The translations under genes were made by a program, and so were the position numbers. DNA of 64,000 nucleotides from an uncultured Bacteroides sp. (GTDB lineage Bacteria; Bacteroidota; Bacteroidia; Bacteroidales; Bacteroidaceae): assembly GCA_900552645.1 (NCBI GenBank), contig USAN01000004.1, forward strand, positions 353-64,352, written 5' to 3'. Shown piece after piece: positions 1 through 9,714 of this stretch. The notes beneath the pieces are model-generated. The model ran no database searches. It had not been told where the DNA came from and worked only from the letters and a program-made list of their open reading frames with translations. Numbering within the stretch: position 1 is the stretch's first letter; every line of letters begins with the position of its first letter.

Positions 1-142
1 CACGAAAACCCTTTTCGTATAAATGTAAGTCATTTCTAAAAAGGACAACGGTCAATCCTATACATTTAAAATTCCATTTATCGCCTCCTCGAAAATCAGC
101 TATAAGTTCGATAAACTTGTCAGGAGAAAGATGATGTAACAT
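1..142 (-). CDS. 5' part of a possible thioredoxin-fold protein (runs off the window edge)
   Basis: Manual translation from ATG at 142: MLHHLSPDKFIELIADFRGGDKWNFKCIGLTVVLFRNDLHLYEKGFR, open to base 1. Resembles N-termini of Bacteroides thioredoxin-like proteins. Confidence 0.35.
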   Translation of the reverse strand, partial: MLHHLSPDKFIELIADFRGGDKWNFKCIGLTVVLFRNDLHLYEKGFR

Positions 143-268
143 AACAATTTATTTTTAATTATTTGTTATTCAACATTTCAATTCTTATAAAGTTTTACTA
201 AGTAAATGTTTAATAATGCAAACTTAACTTTTCTTGAGCATTATATATAATTCATTCCATTACTATAT

Positions 269-616
269 TCATTTAAATATAAGCTTTGAAAATTCAGTAA
301 GATATATTATCCAATTTTTCCATATATGTCCTTCATCAGTTTCATAATAAATATATTTATATCCATTATCATCAAGAAGTTTTCTAAATTTTATATTGTC
401 ATTATATAATAAATAGGATATTTCAATCCGAATCCAGTATAGTTTAGGCATTTTATGGAACTGCATAGCAAGTGTTTGTTCATTATTTTTATATATCTCA
501 GATTTCACATCATTAGTAGAGATTTATTGCTGCCGAAATTACTCCTCATAATGCATGCTGTGCAAACATAATTCTACATAGGCAGCTACAAACAGCAAGC
601 AAACAGTTATTTTCAT
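269..616 (-). pseudogene. Esterase (alpha/beta hydrolase) remnant with large internal deletion
   Basis: C-terminal ORF ends YYETDEGHIWKNWIIYLTEFSKLIFK, typical of Bacteroides esterases. Upstream are frameshifted fragments MKITVCLLFVAA / FAQHAL*G / SAAI. Confidence 0.6.
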
Positions 617-739
617 TGAGTATTCAATTAAATGATTGTTTATTAAAAACATATATATTATTTTTTTAATAATTTAAAGATTCTGATGGTTTTGAACCCT
701 ATTTATCTATATTAGCAGATAAAACGTAAATATCTCGCT

Positions 740-1291
740 ATGAATGAAATAGATAAAATGCGCAATAGCGAACTTGCCGATATGAGTATGCCCGAAATTC
801 AAGAAAGTTTTATACATGCAAAAAAAATATTAGCTATAATGAGAACTAAAAGTATGTATGATGATGATTATCGTACCCTTCTTGAAGATTTGATACCTGG
901 AATTCCGGAAACGTCTGTAATATCACCTCCATTCTTCTGTGATCATGGTCATGGTATAAAATTAGGAAAGAATGTATTTATTAACGCTAACTGTACTTTT
1001 TTGGATGGCGCAAAGATTACTATAGGCGACTATACGCTAATAGGTCCAAATGTGCAGATATATACACCTCATCATCCTATGAAATATATCGAAAGGAGAA
1101 TGCCAAAAGAATACTCGTATCCCGTAAATATTGGTAATGACTGCTGGATTGGAGGAAGTGCAATAATTTGTCCAGGAGTAACTATAGGAGATCGATCTGT
1201 AATTGGTGCAGGAAGCGTTGTAACCAAAGATATTCCGGCAGATTGCATAGCAGTGGGAAATCCGGCAAGAATAATTAAAAGGAATATTTAA
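740..1291 (+). CDS. Sugar O-acetyltransferase (maltose/galactoside acetyltransferase family)
   Basis: PPFFCDHG, hexapeptide repeats, WIGG..ICPGVTIG..SVIGAGSVVTKD, GNPAR. Confidence 0.9.
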   Translation: MNEIDKMRNSELADMSMPEIQESFIHAKKILAIMRTKSMYDDDYRTLLEDLIPGIPETSVISPPFFCDHGHGIKLGKNVFINANCTFLDGAKITIGDYTLIGPNVQIYTPHHPMKYIERRMPKEYSYPVNIGNDCWIGGSAIICPGVTIGDRSVIGAGSVVTKDIPADCIAVGNPARIIKRNI

Positions 1292-1371
1292 TTTTATAAT
1301 TATAAATTAATGCTGTATCAATATAACGTATAAGTTATATTGTATATTTTCGCGACATAAAAGAACAAAAA

Positions 1372-2010
1372 ATGGAACAGATATCAGTCACCTTACATAA
1401 ATATATCGAAGAAAATATAATTCCTCTTTATTCATATTTCGACAAAGCTCATCAAATAGATCATGCAATTAAGGTTATTGACGAAAGCATGCTGCTTGCT
1501 AAACATTACGAGGTAAACATTGAGATGGTATATGTTATAGCTGCCTATCATGATCTGGGATTGAAAAAAGGACGAGAATTCCATCATCTATTTTCTGGAC
1601 AGATAGTAGAAAATGATCTCAATCTACACAAATGGTTCAGTACCGAAGAGATAAATATAATAAAAGAAGCTGTAGAAGATCATCGTGCTTCAAACAAACA
1701 TATTCCACGAAGTATATACGGAAAAATAGTAGCCGAAGCTGATAGGATAATAGAACCTATAACTACTCTTACAAGAACTGTACAGTATGGTTTATCACAC
1801 TATGTAGAGCTTAATAAAGAATCGCAGTATGAAAGATTTTGCAATCATTTGCAGGAAAAGTATGCCTATGGAGGATATTTGAATTTATGGATACCCGAAT
1901 CACAAAATGCTTCCCGACTAAAAGAACTTAGAGAGATTATAGCCAACAAGAAACTACTTAGAGGTATGTTTGATAAAATATATTCGGACGAAAAAGGACA
2001 AGTTATATAA
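1372..2010 (+). CDS. HD-domain phosphohydrolase
   Basis: H...AYHDLG...HH...DHR...AEAD metal-binding pattern. Confidence 0.85.
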   Translation: MEQISVTLHKYIEENIIPLYSYFDKAHQIDHAIKVIDESMLLAKHYEVNIEMVYVIAAYHDLGLKKGREFHHLFSGQIVENDLNLHKWFSTEEINIIKEAVEDHRASNKHIPRSIYGKIVAEADRIIEPITTLTRTVQYGLSHYVELNKESQYERFCNHLQEKYAYGGYLNLWIPESQNASRLKELREIIANKKLLRGMFDKIYSDEKGQVI

Positions 2011-2158
2011 TTATCAAGGATAATCTTAAATATAGTATATTTAAATTATTTCCATAGATTTAAATATACTGTATTATATGCTAATAGTACAGTAAAACAT
2101 TATTTTAGTAGAAGATAAGCCTTTGATGTAAAACTCAACTACTTTAAAATGATAATAA

Positions 2159-2200
2159 AAAAGCCGAATCATTACTCAATAATAGAGTTTGATACGGCTA
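2159..2200. terminator. Hairpin between convergent genes; member of a dispersed palindrome family
   Basis: AGCCG-AATCA...TGATA-CGGCT stem; shares AAAAGCCnnATCATTACTCAATA with 24661. Confidence 0.5.
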
Positions 2201-2305
2201 TATTTATATTTTATAGTTACATTATCGGTTAATTATATGAATTCTAATTCTATATAATGAAGAATCATTTACTTCATCATCATAAATCTTCCAAATAACG
2301 ATATA

Positions 2306-3868
2306 TTAAATAAGGCTGTTCATATAATATTCCAGATTAGTATATCCCTCCTTACTTAATTTTACTTCACTGCCATCTCTTTTATCATTAGGATTAAGAC
2401 CGTGTTTCTTTTCCCATTCATCCGGTATTCCGTCGTTGTCGCTATCCTTTAAGTATTGTATTGAAACTCCTCCGTCACTCAATTTCACCCATGGAGATTT
2501 TTCACCTATCTCTTGAACATCTGAAGGTACATCTATCAAACCCGGCAAAGAGGTTGCATCGGCGCTTATACTACCTCTATGAGCTGCTGTTCCAGTCTTT
2601 GTTTCCTTAATTATACGCTCATCTATTGCATCACGCTTCTTTGAGCATCCGGCACTCTTCAATACCAATTGGTAAGCTTCCTGAGCCGACTGAGTTATTA
2701 TAGGTACCACATCAAGTGGTTCTGAGAGTTTTATTTCTTGTCTTACTTGTGAGGTAAAAGTATTATCGCATGAGTTATTGTTAATCTGTTCATACATACC
2801 TTTTGTCCAGTTGTCTGATGTAACTTCACTGTTTCCCTCAATTACGTTTCCGTCTACAAAGTATCTTCCCCATACATGTTCCATAACGTGCCAGGTATTA
2901 GGTGTTCCGTCGCTGTTATGGCAATACGATGTTGTCCTTACCCCTACTGCAGCTATTCTATAAGATATTGGTTTGTCTTTTGGAGTTGCCGGTCCTGGTT
3001 TATAATAGTTATTTACTATATTAACTTTCATACCCTCACCACCATAACATCCGTTACCAGCCCAATTATAGAATACATTATTTCTCATATCTACCAACTC
3101 TTTTTGCTGAGTATAAGGACGAGGCCCCAAACGTGGAACTCTGCTTTCATGATGTGCCATTAAATTATGATGAAAGGATATTCCTGCTCCTCCTACTATA
3201 CCTCCATATCCATGTTTACCTTTTGAATGACCAGCTGTGCGTAGACTTTCTGAAATAATGCACCATTGTACTGTAAGATTTTCTCCCCCATATACAGAAC
3301 AGCATTCATCTACCGACCAGCTTATTGAACAATGATCTACAATTATGTTCTTATGATCAGTACTTCCTAATCCGTCAGGTTCTTCACCACTTTCATTTCC
3401 TACCCTAAAACGCAAGTATCTAAGTATCACGTTATCTGCACTTATCATTACAGGATATCTAGCTATGCAAACTCCATCGCCAGGTGCAGTCTGACCGGCA
3501 ACAGTTAGATTGCCATTCTTTATATCAAGACGGCTATTAAGAAAGATTGTTCCTGCAACATCAAATACTATTGTCCTAGTATCTTTCTGCATCAATGCAT
3601 GTCGCAAACTTCCAGGATTGTTATTATCTTCCAGAGTTGTAACATGGTAAACATTACCTCCGCGTCCACCCGTAGTATACTTGCCAAATCCTTCGGCTCC
3701 AGGAAATGCTACTATTTGCAATATGTCATCCTTATTTACCGAATCTTCTGTAACTTCAAAGAAAGAAACATCATCATTCTTCTCTACCTCACATCCACAT
3801 AATTTTATACCTATAAGCGGTAATGACAAAACCAGCAAAATAGTTATGCCAATCTTTCTCTTTTTCAT
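2306..3868 (-). CDS. Pectate lyase (PL1), probably exported or a lipoprotein
   Basis: AFPGAEGFGKYTTGGRGG, GSLR, IVDHCSISWSVDE, RVPR, C-terminal DSDNDGIPDEWE..GLNP. Confidence 0.9.
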   Translation of the reverse strand: MKKRKIGITILLVLSLPLIGIKLCGCEVEKNDDVSFFEVTEDSVNKDDILQIVAFPGAEGFGKYTTGGRGGNVYHVTTLEDNNNPGSLRHALMQKDTRTIVFDVAGTIFLNSRLDIKNGNLTVAGQTAPGDGVCIARYPVMISADNVILRYLRFRVGNESGEEPDGLGSTDHKNIIVDHCSISWSVDECCSVYGGENLTVQWCIISESLRTAGHSKGKHGYGGIVGGAGISFHHNLMAHHESRVPRLGPRPYTQQKELVDMRNNVFYNWAGNGCYGGEGMKVNIVNNYYKPGPATPKDKPISYRIAAVGVRTTSYCHNSDGTPNTWHVMEHVWGRYFVDGNVIEGNSEVTSDNWTKGMYEQINNNSCDNTFTSQVRQEIKLSEPLDVVPIITQSAQEAYQLVLKSAGCSKKRDAIDERIIKETKTGTAAHRGSISADATSLPGLIDVPSDVQEIGEKSPWVKLSDGGVSIQYLKDSDNDGIPDEWEKKHGLNPNDKRDGSEVKLSKEGYTNLEYYMNSLI

Positions 3869-3893
3869 ATATAGAATAATTTAATTAACATGG

Positions 3894-3901
3894 CAAATAT
3901 A
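3894..3901 (-). promoter_or_regulatory. Bacteroidetes -7 promoter box (TATATTTG) for the pectate lyase
   Basis: Matches TAnnTTTG, 25 nt upstream of the ATG. Confidence 0.55.
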
Positions 3902-4232
3902 GAATCACCTATATTCATGAATGGGTAAAAAATGGTATAAAAGGAGGAAAAATAGGAACTATATTGTAATTATTAAAAAACACATTGGATATATAATTAA
4001 ATCCAATAAATCTATTAAGTAAAAATAGATAAACAAGTAGTTATAATTGCCTATAAAATATTTTGATCCATTTTATAAGATGAATTAAAGCAGTATTATG
4101 AATATTTATTGGCATAGAATTCTATTTACTATAAAGCTTATTTTTACAACTTATCTATCCAAGAACACATTAAAAATATATTATTTAAGATAGTTCATAA
4201 TCTTAAAAATAGAGAAGTAAATTGGATAAAAT

Positions 4233-4262
4233 AAAAAAGGTGAGTCGTAATGACTCACCTTC
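4233..4262 (-). terminator. Intrinsic terminator after secG
   Basis: AAAGGTGAGTC-GTAAT-GACTCACCTTT stem with T-tract on the minus strand. Confidence 0.8.
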
Positions 4263-4283
4263 TTATATTCTTTTACACTCTCC

Positions 4284-4679
4284 TTAATTAGGAGATTGTT
4301 TTTCGTCTGTAGAAGTAGCATTTTGAGCAGCTCCATCAGTCTGAGTAGCAGCATCATTATTAGTATTTGGAGTAGCAAAGCCTGCAGGTGCATTAAGTGG
4401 GTTTGTTTTTCCTTCCTTAACTGCTTGTTCCATCATTACAGAAGAATCTGTATGGGTAGCAGGAACAATATAAGCAGTAGCTACACTTATTATAACCATA
4501 AATATTGCTAATCCCCAAGTTAGTTTTTCAATAAAATCGGTAGTTTTGCGAACACCCATTATCTGATTTGAAGAAGCAAAACTAGATGAAAGTCCACCAC
4601 CCTTTGAATTTTGAATCAATACAACGAAACACATCAAAAGAGATGCCACTACAATTAATCCAATTAATAATAAATACAT
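4284..4679 (-). CDS. secG: Preprotein translocase subunit SecG
   Basis: VLIQNSKGGGLSSSF...GVRKTTDFIEKLTW, two TM helices. Confidence 0.93.
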   Translation of the reverse strand: MYLLLIGLIVVASLLMCFVVLIQNSKGGGLSSSFASSNQIMGVRKTTDFIEKLTWGLAIFMVIISVATAYIVPATHTDSSVMMEQAVKEGKTNPLNAPAGFATPNTNNDAATQTDGAAQNATSTDEKQSPN

Positions 4680-4681
4680 TT

Positions 4682-5476
4682 TTATTTTGATTTAGTGTTA
4701 ATAATCAATTTTTCCAAGAATCTAATCTGGTCCGCAAAGTAAGCATTTTTTTTTGGATATTTCAAATTTAATTTTTTAATAATTTCAATAGCTTTAGAAT
4801 ATCTTTGCTGTTTTATATAAATCTTAGCCAAGGTCTCGGTAAAATAACTTTCTTCTTCATCATCAGCCTGAGTTATCTGATTATCAATTATTTTTTCTTC
4901 ATCATTATTATAATTAGCGCTTCCATATTCATTATCAGTTTTCTCTTCTTGCTTCTCCTTATCTTCACTTATAGCTGCCTGTTTTACAAAATTATCTATA
5001 AGATTTTGTCCTTTCATTTCAACAGTACCCCCATTCTCTTCTGTCTGTTCTTCATCTTTCATTAAGAATGAGGCATAGTCGGTAGTTACTTCCATAGATA
5101 GTTTCATCTTTTCTATATCTTCTTCCTTACATGAAAGAAATGCATCAATAAGCATTTCGGTACGATTGGCCTTTATATTATCATCTTTTTTGATTAAAAT
5201 CCTATCGCTATTATTACTTGATGACTTTGACTCAAAAGCTGCAGGTATGTATCCTTCAAACATTGAATATAAAACTTTCCTTTCATTTATATATATAGAT
5301 GATTTATGAAGTTCTTCTTCAAATTCATTTTCTCCTAATAGATATAGATTTTTTAGGTACAACAATCTTATGCATTGAAAATAAGGATATCTACCCAACA
5401 AATTTCTCAATTCATAAAGAGACTCTTTATTTAACAACTCTGGATGTTCTATCCATTGATATATATTTTCTGTCAT
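4682..5476 (-). CDS. Conserved hypothetical protein with C-terminal TPR-like segment
   Basis: YPYFQ..RLLYLKNL N-terminus; FTETLAKIYIKQQRYSKAIEII..LKYPKKNAYFADQIRFL. Confidence 0.75.
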   Translation of the reverse strand: MTENIYQWIEHPELLNKESLYELRNLLGRYPYFQCIRLLYLKNLYLLGENEFEEELHKSSIYINERKVLYSMFEGYIPAAFESKSSSNNSDRILIKKDDNIKANRTEMLIDAFLSCKEEDIEKMKLSMEVTTDYASFLMKDEEQTEENGGTVEMKGQNLIDNFVKQAAISEDKEKQEEKTDNEYGSANYNNDEEKIIDNQITQADDEEESYFTETLAKIYIKQQRYSKAIEIIKKLNLKYPKKNAYFADQIRFLEKLIINTKSK

Positions 5477-5477
5477 C

Positions 5478-6002
5478 TTACCAATTAGCTACCGTTGCAT
5501 TGAATATCTGTTCTACTATTTCTTTTATCATTTGAGTTACCAACTCATCCTGCACTGCAGTAAGTTGCTGACTAGAATCGTACTCACGGTTGGCCGAAAA
5601 ACTTCTATCAAAATCTTCTGAATGATTATTGTTATTTACGAACCTTACTTTTACTGTCATTCTTAATTCGGCCATATTTGAATAACCATCAGATCCTATT
5701 CCCTTGTTTATTGCATCATAGTTGGTAATCTCACCCGAAAGCTGCAAATCTCCTCCACGTGTAATCTGCTTCAAACGCGTTTGTTGGATATAAATATCTT
5801 GCAAAGCAGTATTAAACATGCCTTCCATAGGTCCCCAAACAAATCCCGCCGAACGATTAGGAAAATTCTCAAACGAAATAGTTTTAGTCTTGGAATAGTC
5901 TATTGACGATCCGTTAAACTTATATGATATTGAACAAGAAGTTAATGCTAATATCATTATAGTTATTAAACATTTAAATTTGATACCTTTATTCCAAGCC
6001 AT
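5478..6002 (-). CDS. lptE: LptE family LPS assembly lipoprotein
   Basis: Lipobox LTSC; SYKFNGSSID, LSGEITNY, IFNATVANW; position in the conserved operon. Confidence 0.8.
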   Translation of the reverse strand: MAWNKGIKFKCLITIMILALTSCSISYKFNGSSIDYSKTKTISFENFPNRSAGFVWGPMEGMFNTALQDIYIQQTRLKQITRGGDLQLSGEITNYDAINKGIGSDGYSNMAELRMTVKVRFVNNNNHSEDFDRSFSANREYDSSQQLTAVQDELVTQMIKEIVEQIFNATVANW

Positions 6003-7248
6003 ATTCTTTAATTTTTCTATATAATGTTCTTTCCGATATATTTAAATCTCTTGCTGCCAATTTTCTGCGTCCGTGATGACGATCAAGTGCCTTTTTTATC
6101 ATCTCTCTCTCTACTTCATCCAATGATAATGTTTCCGCTTCTACATATTCTTCTGGTTCGGGAACTACATACTCTTCTGGTTCCGGACTCTTTTGTGAAG
6201 ATAAATTAATTGTAGAGAGGTGATTTATATTTGTTGGAACTATATTTCTTTCCGGCTCATGATAATAGGTCATAGCTGTTGTTTGAGTTGGAATATTATG
6301 AGATTCTTTTTTCTCTTCCATCAAATTGTTTACTAATTTCTTTAGTTCCGTAACATCCCTTCTCATATCAAACAAAACCTGATATAAAATTTCGCGTTCA
6401 CTCTGAAACTGTTTTGCATCCGATTTTAATCCAAACAGCATAGGGACTGAAGAAGTATTGTTTTGTGGAAGATAGTTATGAAGTATTTCAGAAGTTATTT
6501 CACGCTTTGTCTCTATTATAGAAATTTGTTCTGTTATATTTTTTAACTGACGTACATTCCCTGGCCAAGAATAAGATTCAAGCGTTGATTTAGCATCCTC
6601 TGTAAGTTGTATAGGAGGCATCTTATATTTTTCAGCAAAATCTGATGCAAATTTTCTGAAAAGCAGTACAATGTCATTTCCGCGTTCGCGTAATGGTGGT
6701 ACCTTTATAGGAATAGTATTAAGACGATAGAACAAATCTTCTCTAAATTTACCAGAAGATATAGCCTCAGAAAGATTAACATTGGTAGCTGCCACTATTC
6801 TCACATCAGTTTTTTGTACTTTCGAAGATCCAACTTTTATGAATTCTCCCGATTCAAGTACACGAAGAAGACGTGCCTGTGTAGCCAAAGGCAACTCTCC
6901 CACCTCATCAAGAAAGATAGTACCGCCATTTGCTTCTGCAAAATATCCGTTTCTATCGCTTATGGCACCGGTAAATGCACCTTTCTCATGTCCAAAAAGC
7001 TCGGAATCTATTGTTCCTTCAGGAATTGCACCACAGTTTACCGCTATATATTGTCCATGTTTTCTTTTACTGAAACTATGTATAATCTGTGGAAATGTCT
7101 CCTTACCTACCCCACTCTCTCCAGTTATCAGTACCGACAAATCTGTAGATGAAACCTGCACCGCTATATCAATAGCTCGGTTAAGTGCATCTGCGTTTCC
7201 AATTATACCAAATCGTAGCTTTATATTTTGTAGTTCACTCTTACTCAT
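5989..7248 (-). CDS. Sigma-54-interacting AAA+ regulator with Fis-type HTH, no receiver domain
   Basis: GESGVGKE, GAFTGA, FLDEVGE, WPGNVRQL, AARDLNISERTLYRKIK. Confidence 0.92.
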   Translation of the reverse strand: MSKSELQNIKLRFGIIGNADALNRAIDIAVQVSSTDLSVLITGESGVGKETFPQIIHSFSKRKHGQYIAVNCGAIPEGTIDSELFGHEKGAFTGAISDRNGYFAEANGGTIFLDEVGELPLATQARLLRVLESGEFIKVGSSKVQKTDVRIVAATNVNLSEAISSGKFREDLFYRLNTIPIKVPPLRERGNDIVLLFRKFASDFAEKYKMPPIQLTEDAKSTLESYSWPGNVRQLKNITEQISIIETKREITSEILHNYLPQNNTSSVPMLFGLKSDAKQFQSEREILYQVLFDMRRDVTELKKLVNNLMEEKKESHNIPTQTTAMTYYHEPERNIVPTNINHLSTINLSSQKSPEPEEYVVPEPEEYVEAETLSLDEVEREMIKKALDRHHGRRKLAARDLNISERTLYRKIKEYGLE

Positions 7249-7265
7249 ATTACTATATTATATGA

Positions 7266-7273
7266 CAAAATTA
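7266..7273 (-). promoter_or_regulatory. -7 promoter box (TAATTTTG) for the sigma54-regulator/lptE/secG operon
   Basis: TAnnTTTG 17 nt upstream of the ATG, downstream of the ino1 terminator. Confidence 0.55.
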
Positions 7274-7313
7274 CAAAATAGAAACAACAAGACAAGAAAT
7301 AATGGCAGAAAAA

Positions 7314-7343
7314 TAAGGTACATGAGTTTCATCATGTACCTTA
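7314..7343 (-). terminator. Intrinsic terminator after ino1
   Basis: TAAGGTACATGA-GTTTCA-TCATGTACCTTA 12-bp stem followed by a T-run on the minus strand. Confidence 0.8.
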
Positions 7344-7365
7344 CAATCATATAATAAATTATTTA

Positions 7366-8673
7366 TTAATCTATTTCTTCATCTGCTTCATAACCACCCA
7401 TTTCACGTATAGCATTTTTTAGCATTACATATTGTTGGAAAAGATGGTTTATTGGAATCTCATTTTCTGTATAATCATGCATAGGACTCTTCAAAAAGAA
7501 GCTCAAGAATCTTTGAGTTCCATAACGACCAGCACGTGCAGCAAGATCACTCAATAGAACCAAGTCTAGTACTAACGGAGCTGCTAAAATAGAATCACGA
7601 CATAAGAAATTTATCTTAATTTGCATAGGATAACCCATCCATCCAAAAATATCAATGTTATCCCATCCTTCTTTATCATCATTGCGAGGAGGATAATAAT
7701 TAATGCGCACTTTATGATAGTAATCAGTATAAAGGTCAGGTTGTTCTTCAGGAACAAGAATAGATTCAAGTGTTGAAAGTTTACTAACCTCTTTTGTATG
7801 GAAGTTGGCCGGTTCATCAAGAACAAGACCATCACGATTACCTAATATATTTGTAGAGAACCATCCTGACAATCCAAGGCAACGAGTACCGATTATAGGA
7901 GCGAAACCCGATTTAACTAAAGTCTGACCAGTTTTGAAATCCTTTCCGGCAATAGGCATTTTAGTCTTTTCTGCAAGTTCCCACATAGCTGGAATATCTA
8001 CGGTTGTATTGGGAGCACCCATAATGAAAGGAGCACCTTCTGTAAGAGCAGCATAAGCATAACACATTGAAGGTGCTACATTTACAGTATCATTATCCTT
8101 CATTGCTTTTTCTAGTGAAGACAATGAACCGTGTACATCTTCATTTACAGGAACATAAATTTCTGTAGAAGCTGCCCAGATAACAACAATACGGTCACAA
8201 TTATTATTTTTCTTGAAGTTTTTTATATCTTCACGAAGTTGTTCAACCATTTCCCAACGTGTCTTGCAATCTTTTACATTTGTACCATCAAGTCTTTTAG
8301 CATAGTTATGATCAAATGCAGCCTTCATGGGAACAATGGCTTCAAGTTCTTCTTTTACCGGATTAATGTCTTTTTCTTTTAAAACTTCACAATTAATAGC
8401 AGACTCGTAAGCATTCACAGGATAAACATCCCAAGCGCCAAAAACAATGCTGTTAAGATCAGCCAACGGAACAATATCAGCATAGTGTTTATACTTTTTG
8501 TTTTCACCGCGTCCAACACGAATCTTGTCATATTGAGTCATTGAGCCAACAGGTTTTGCTAATCCCTTACGCGCCATAAGTACACCTGTTATAAAAGTAG
8601 AAGTAACTGCGCCGAGTCCAACACAAAGGACCCCTAATTTACCGGTAGCCGGTTTTACATTAATTTTTTCCAT
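7366..8673 (-). CDS. ino1: myo-inositol-1-phosphate synthase (MIPS)
   Basis: GLGAV Rossmann motif, WAASTE, GKDFKTGQT, NILGNRDG, CRDSILAAP. Likely start is MEKINVKP at 8673; the ORF track extends to a TTG at 8739. Confidence 0.95.
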   Translation of the reverse strand: MEKINVKPATGKLGVLCVGLGAVTSTFITGVLMARKGLAKPVGSMTQYDKIRVGRGENKKYKHYADIVPLADLNSIVFGAWDVYPVNAYESAINCEVLKEKDINPVKEELEAIVPMKAAFDHNYAKRLDGTNVKDCKTRWEMVEQLREDIKNFKKNNNCDRIVVIWAASTEIYVPVNEDVHGSLSSLEKAMKDNDTVNVAPSMCYAYAALTEGAPFIMGAPNTTVDIPAMWELAEKTKMPIAGKDFKTGQTLVKSGFAPIIGTRCLGLSGWFSTNILGNRDGLVLDEPANFHTKEVSKLSTLESILVPEEQPDLYTDYYHKVRINYYPPRNDDKEGWDNIDIFGWMGYPMQIKINFLCRDSILAAPLVLDLVLLSDLAARAGRYGTQRFLSFFLKSPMHDYTENEIPINHLFQQYVMLKNAIREMGGYEADEEID

Positions 8674-8785
8674 TCCAGTTTCTTTGTTTTTAATAGTATC
8701 TTGTCCTTGAATTATATAGAACAATGTATTTTTTTTCAAAATTACATCTTCTTTTCAAAACTCCCAGTTATTTAATAGTTTTTAT

Positions 8786-8793
8786 TACCTTTG
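8786..8793 (+). promoter_or_regulatory. -7 promoter box (TACCTTTG) for the PfkB kinase
   Basis: TAnnTTTG 24 nt upstream of the ATG. Confidence 0.55.
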
Positions 8794-8817
8794 TCCCATA
8801 TTTTTTAATTATCACTG

Positions 8818-9714
8818 ATGAAAGATATTTGTTGTATAGGGCATATAACCCTTGATAAAATTGTAACTCCAGAAAAAACAACCTACATGCCCGGAGGAAC
8901 TTCTTATTATTTCTCGCATGGCATAAGTCATTTGAATGATACTACCCATTATAAACTTGTAACATCTCTTGCAAAGAGTGAAATAAAAGCTGTAGAAGAT
9001 ATACGTGCTAAAGGAATAAACGTACAGGTTATCCCTAGCAACAAGACTGTATACTTTGAAAATATTTATGGCACAAATCAGGATGAAAGGACACAGAGGG
9101 TATTGGCAAAAGCCGATCCTTTTACTATTGACGGTTTAAAGAATGTAGAAGCTAATATATTTCATCTTGGCAGCCTCCTAGCCGATGACTTTTCTTTAGA
9201 GGTAGTTAAATATCTATCCACAAAGGGTATTTTGGCAGTTGATGCACAGGGCTATTTGCGTGAAGTAAGAGGAGAAAAGGTTTATCCGGTAGATTGGACT
9301 GAAAAGAGAGAAGCTTTGAGATACATAGATATTCTAAAGGTAAACGAACATGAAATGGAAGTTCTTACAGGACATACCGATGTAAAGAAAGCTGCACTCT
9401 TACTTGCAGAATGGGGAGTAAAGGAGGTACTTATAACTTTAGGAAGTATGGGTTCTGTAATTTATGCTGAAAAAAAGTTCTACAAAATACCAGCCTATAG
9501 GCCCAAACAAATTGTAGATGCTACAGGATGTGGTGATACATATGCTAGCGGTTACTTATATATGAGAAACCAAGGAGCACCATATGATAAAGCGGGATAC
9601 TTTGCAGCCGCTATGTCTACACTAAAACTAGAAAAGTCAGGACCTTTTTCGGGAACCGAAGATGATATTTGGAATATAGTAAGTCAAAGTAAATTATATA
9701 CTGAACAGCTCTGA
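8818..9714 (+). CDS. PfkB/ribokinase-family sugar kinase (candidate myo-inositol kinase)
   Basis: PGGTS, DAQGYLR, KVNEHE, ITLGSMGS, DATGCGD. Confidence 0.88.
   Translation: MKDICCIGHITLDKIVTPEKTTYMPGGTSYYFSHGISHLNDTTHYKLVTSLAKSEIKAVEDIRAKGINVQVIPSNKTVYFENIYGTNQDERTQRVLAKADPFTIDGLKNVEANIFHLGSLLADDFSLEVVKYLSTKGILAVDAQGYLREVRGEKVYPVDWTEKREALRYIDILKVNEHEMEVLTGHTDVKKAALLLAEWGVKEVLITLGSMGSVIYAEKKFYKIPAYRPKQIVDATGCGDTYASGYLYMRNQGAPYDKAGYFAAAMSTLKLEKSGPFSGTEDDIWNIVSQSKLYTEQL

Noticed and set aside
2029..2075. 18-bp AT-rich inverted repeat after the HD gene
   Set aside because: Real (17/18 match) but almost all A/T; most simply a weak terminator, with no evidence for more.
6782..7354. 190-aa plus-strand ORF
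   Set aside because: Antisense shadow of the sigma54 regulator; no recognisable motifs.
8674..8739. N-terminal extension of MIPS from a TTG start
   Set aside because: Family-like sequence begins at MEKINVKP; the extension lies in the divergent promoter region.
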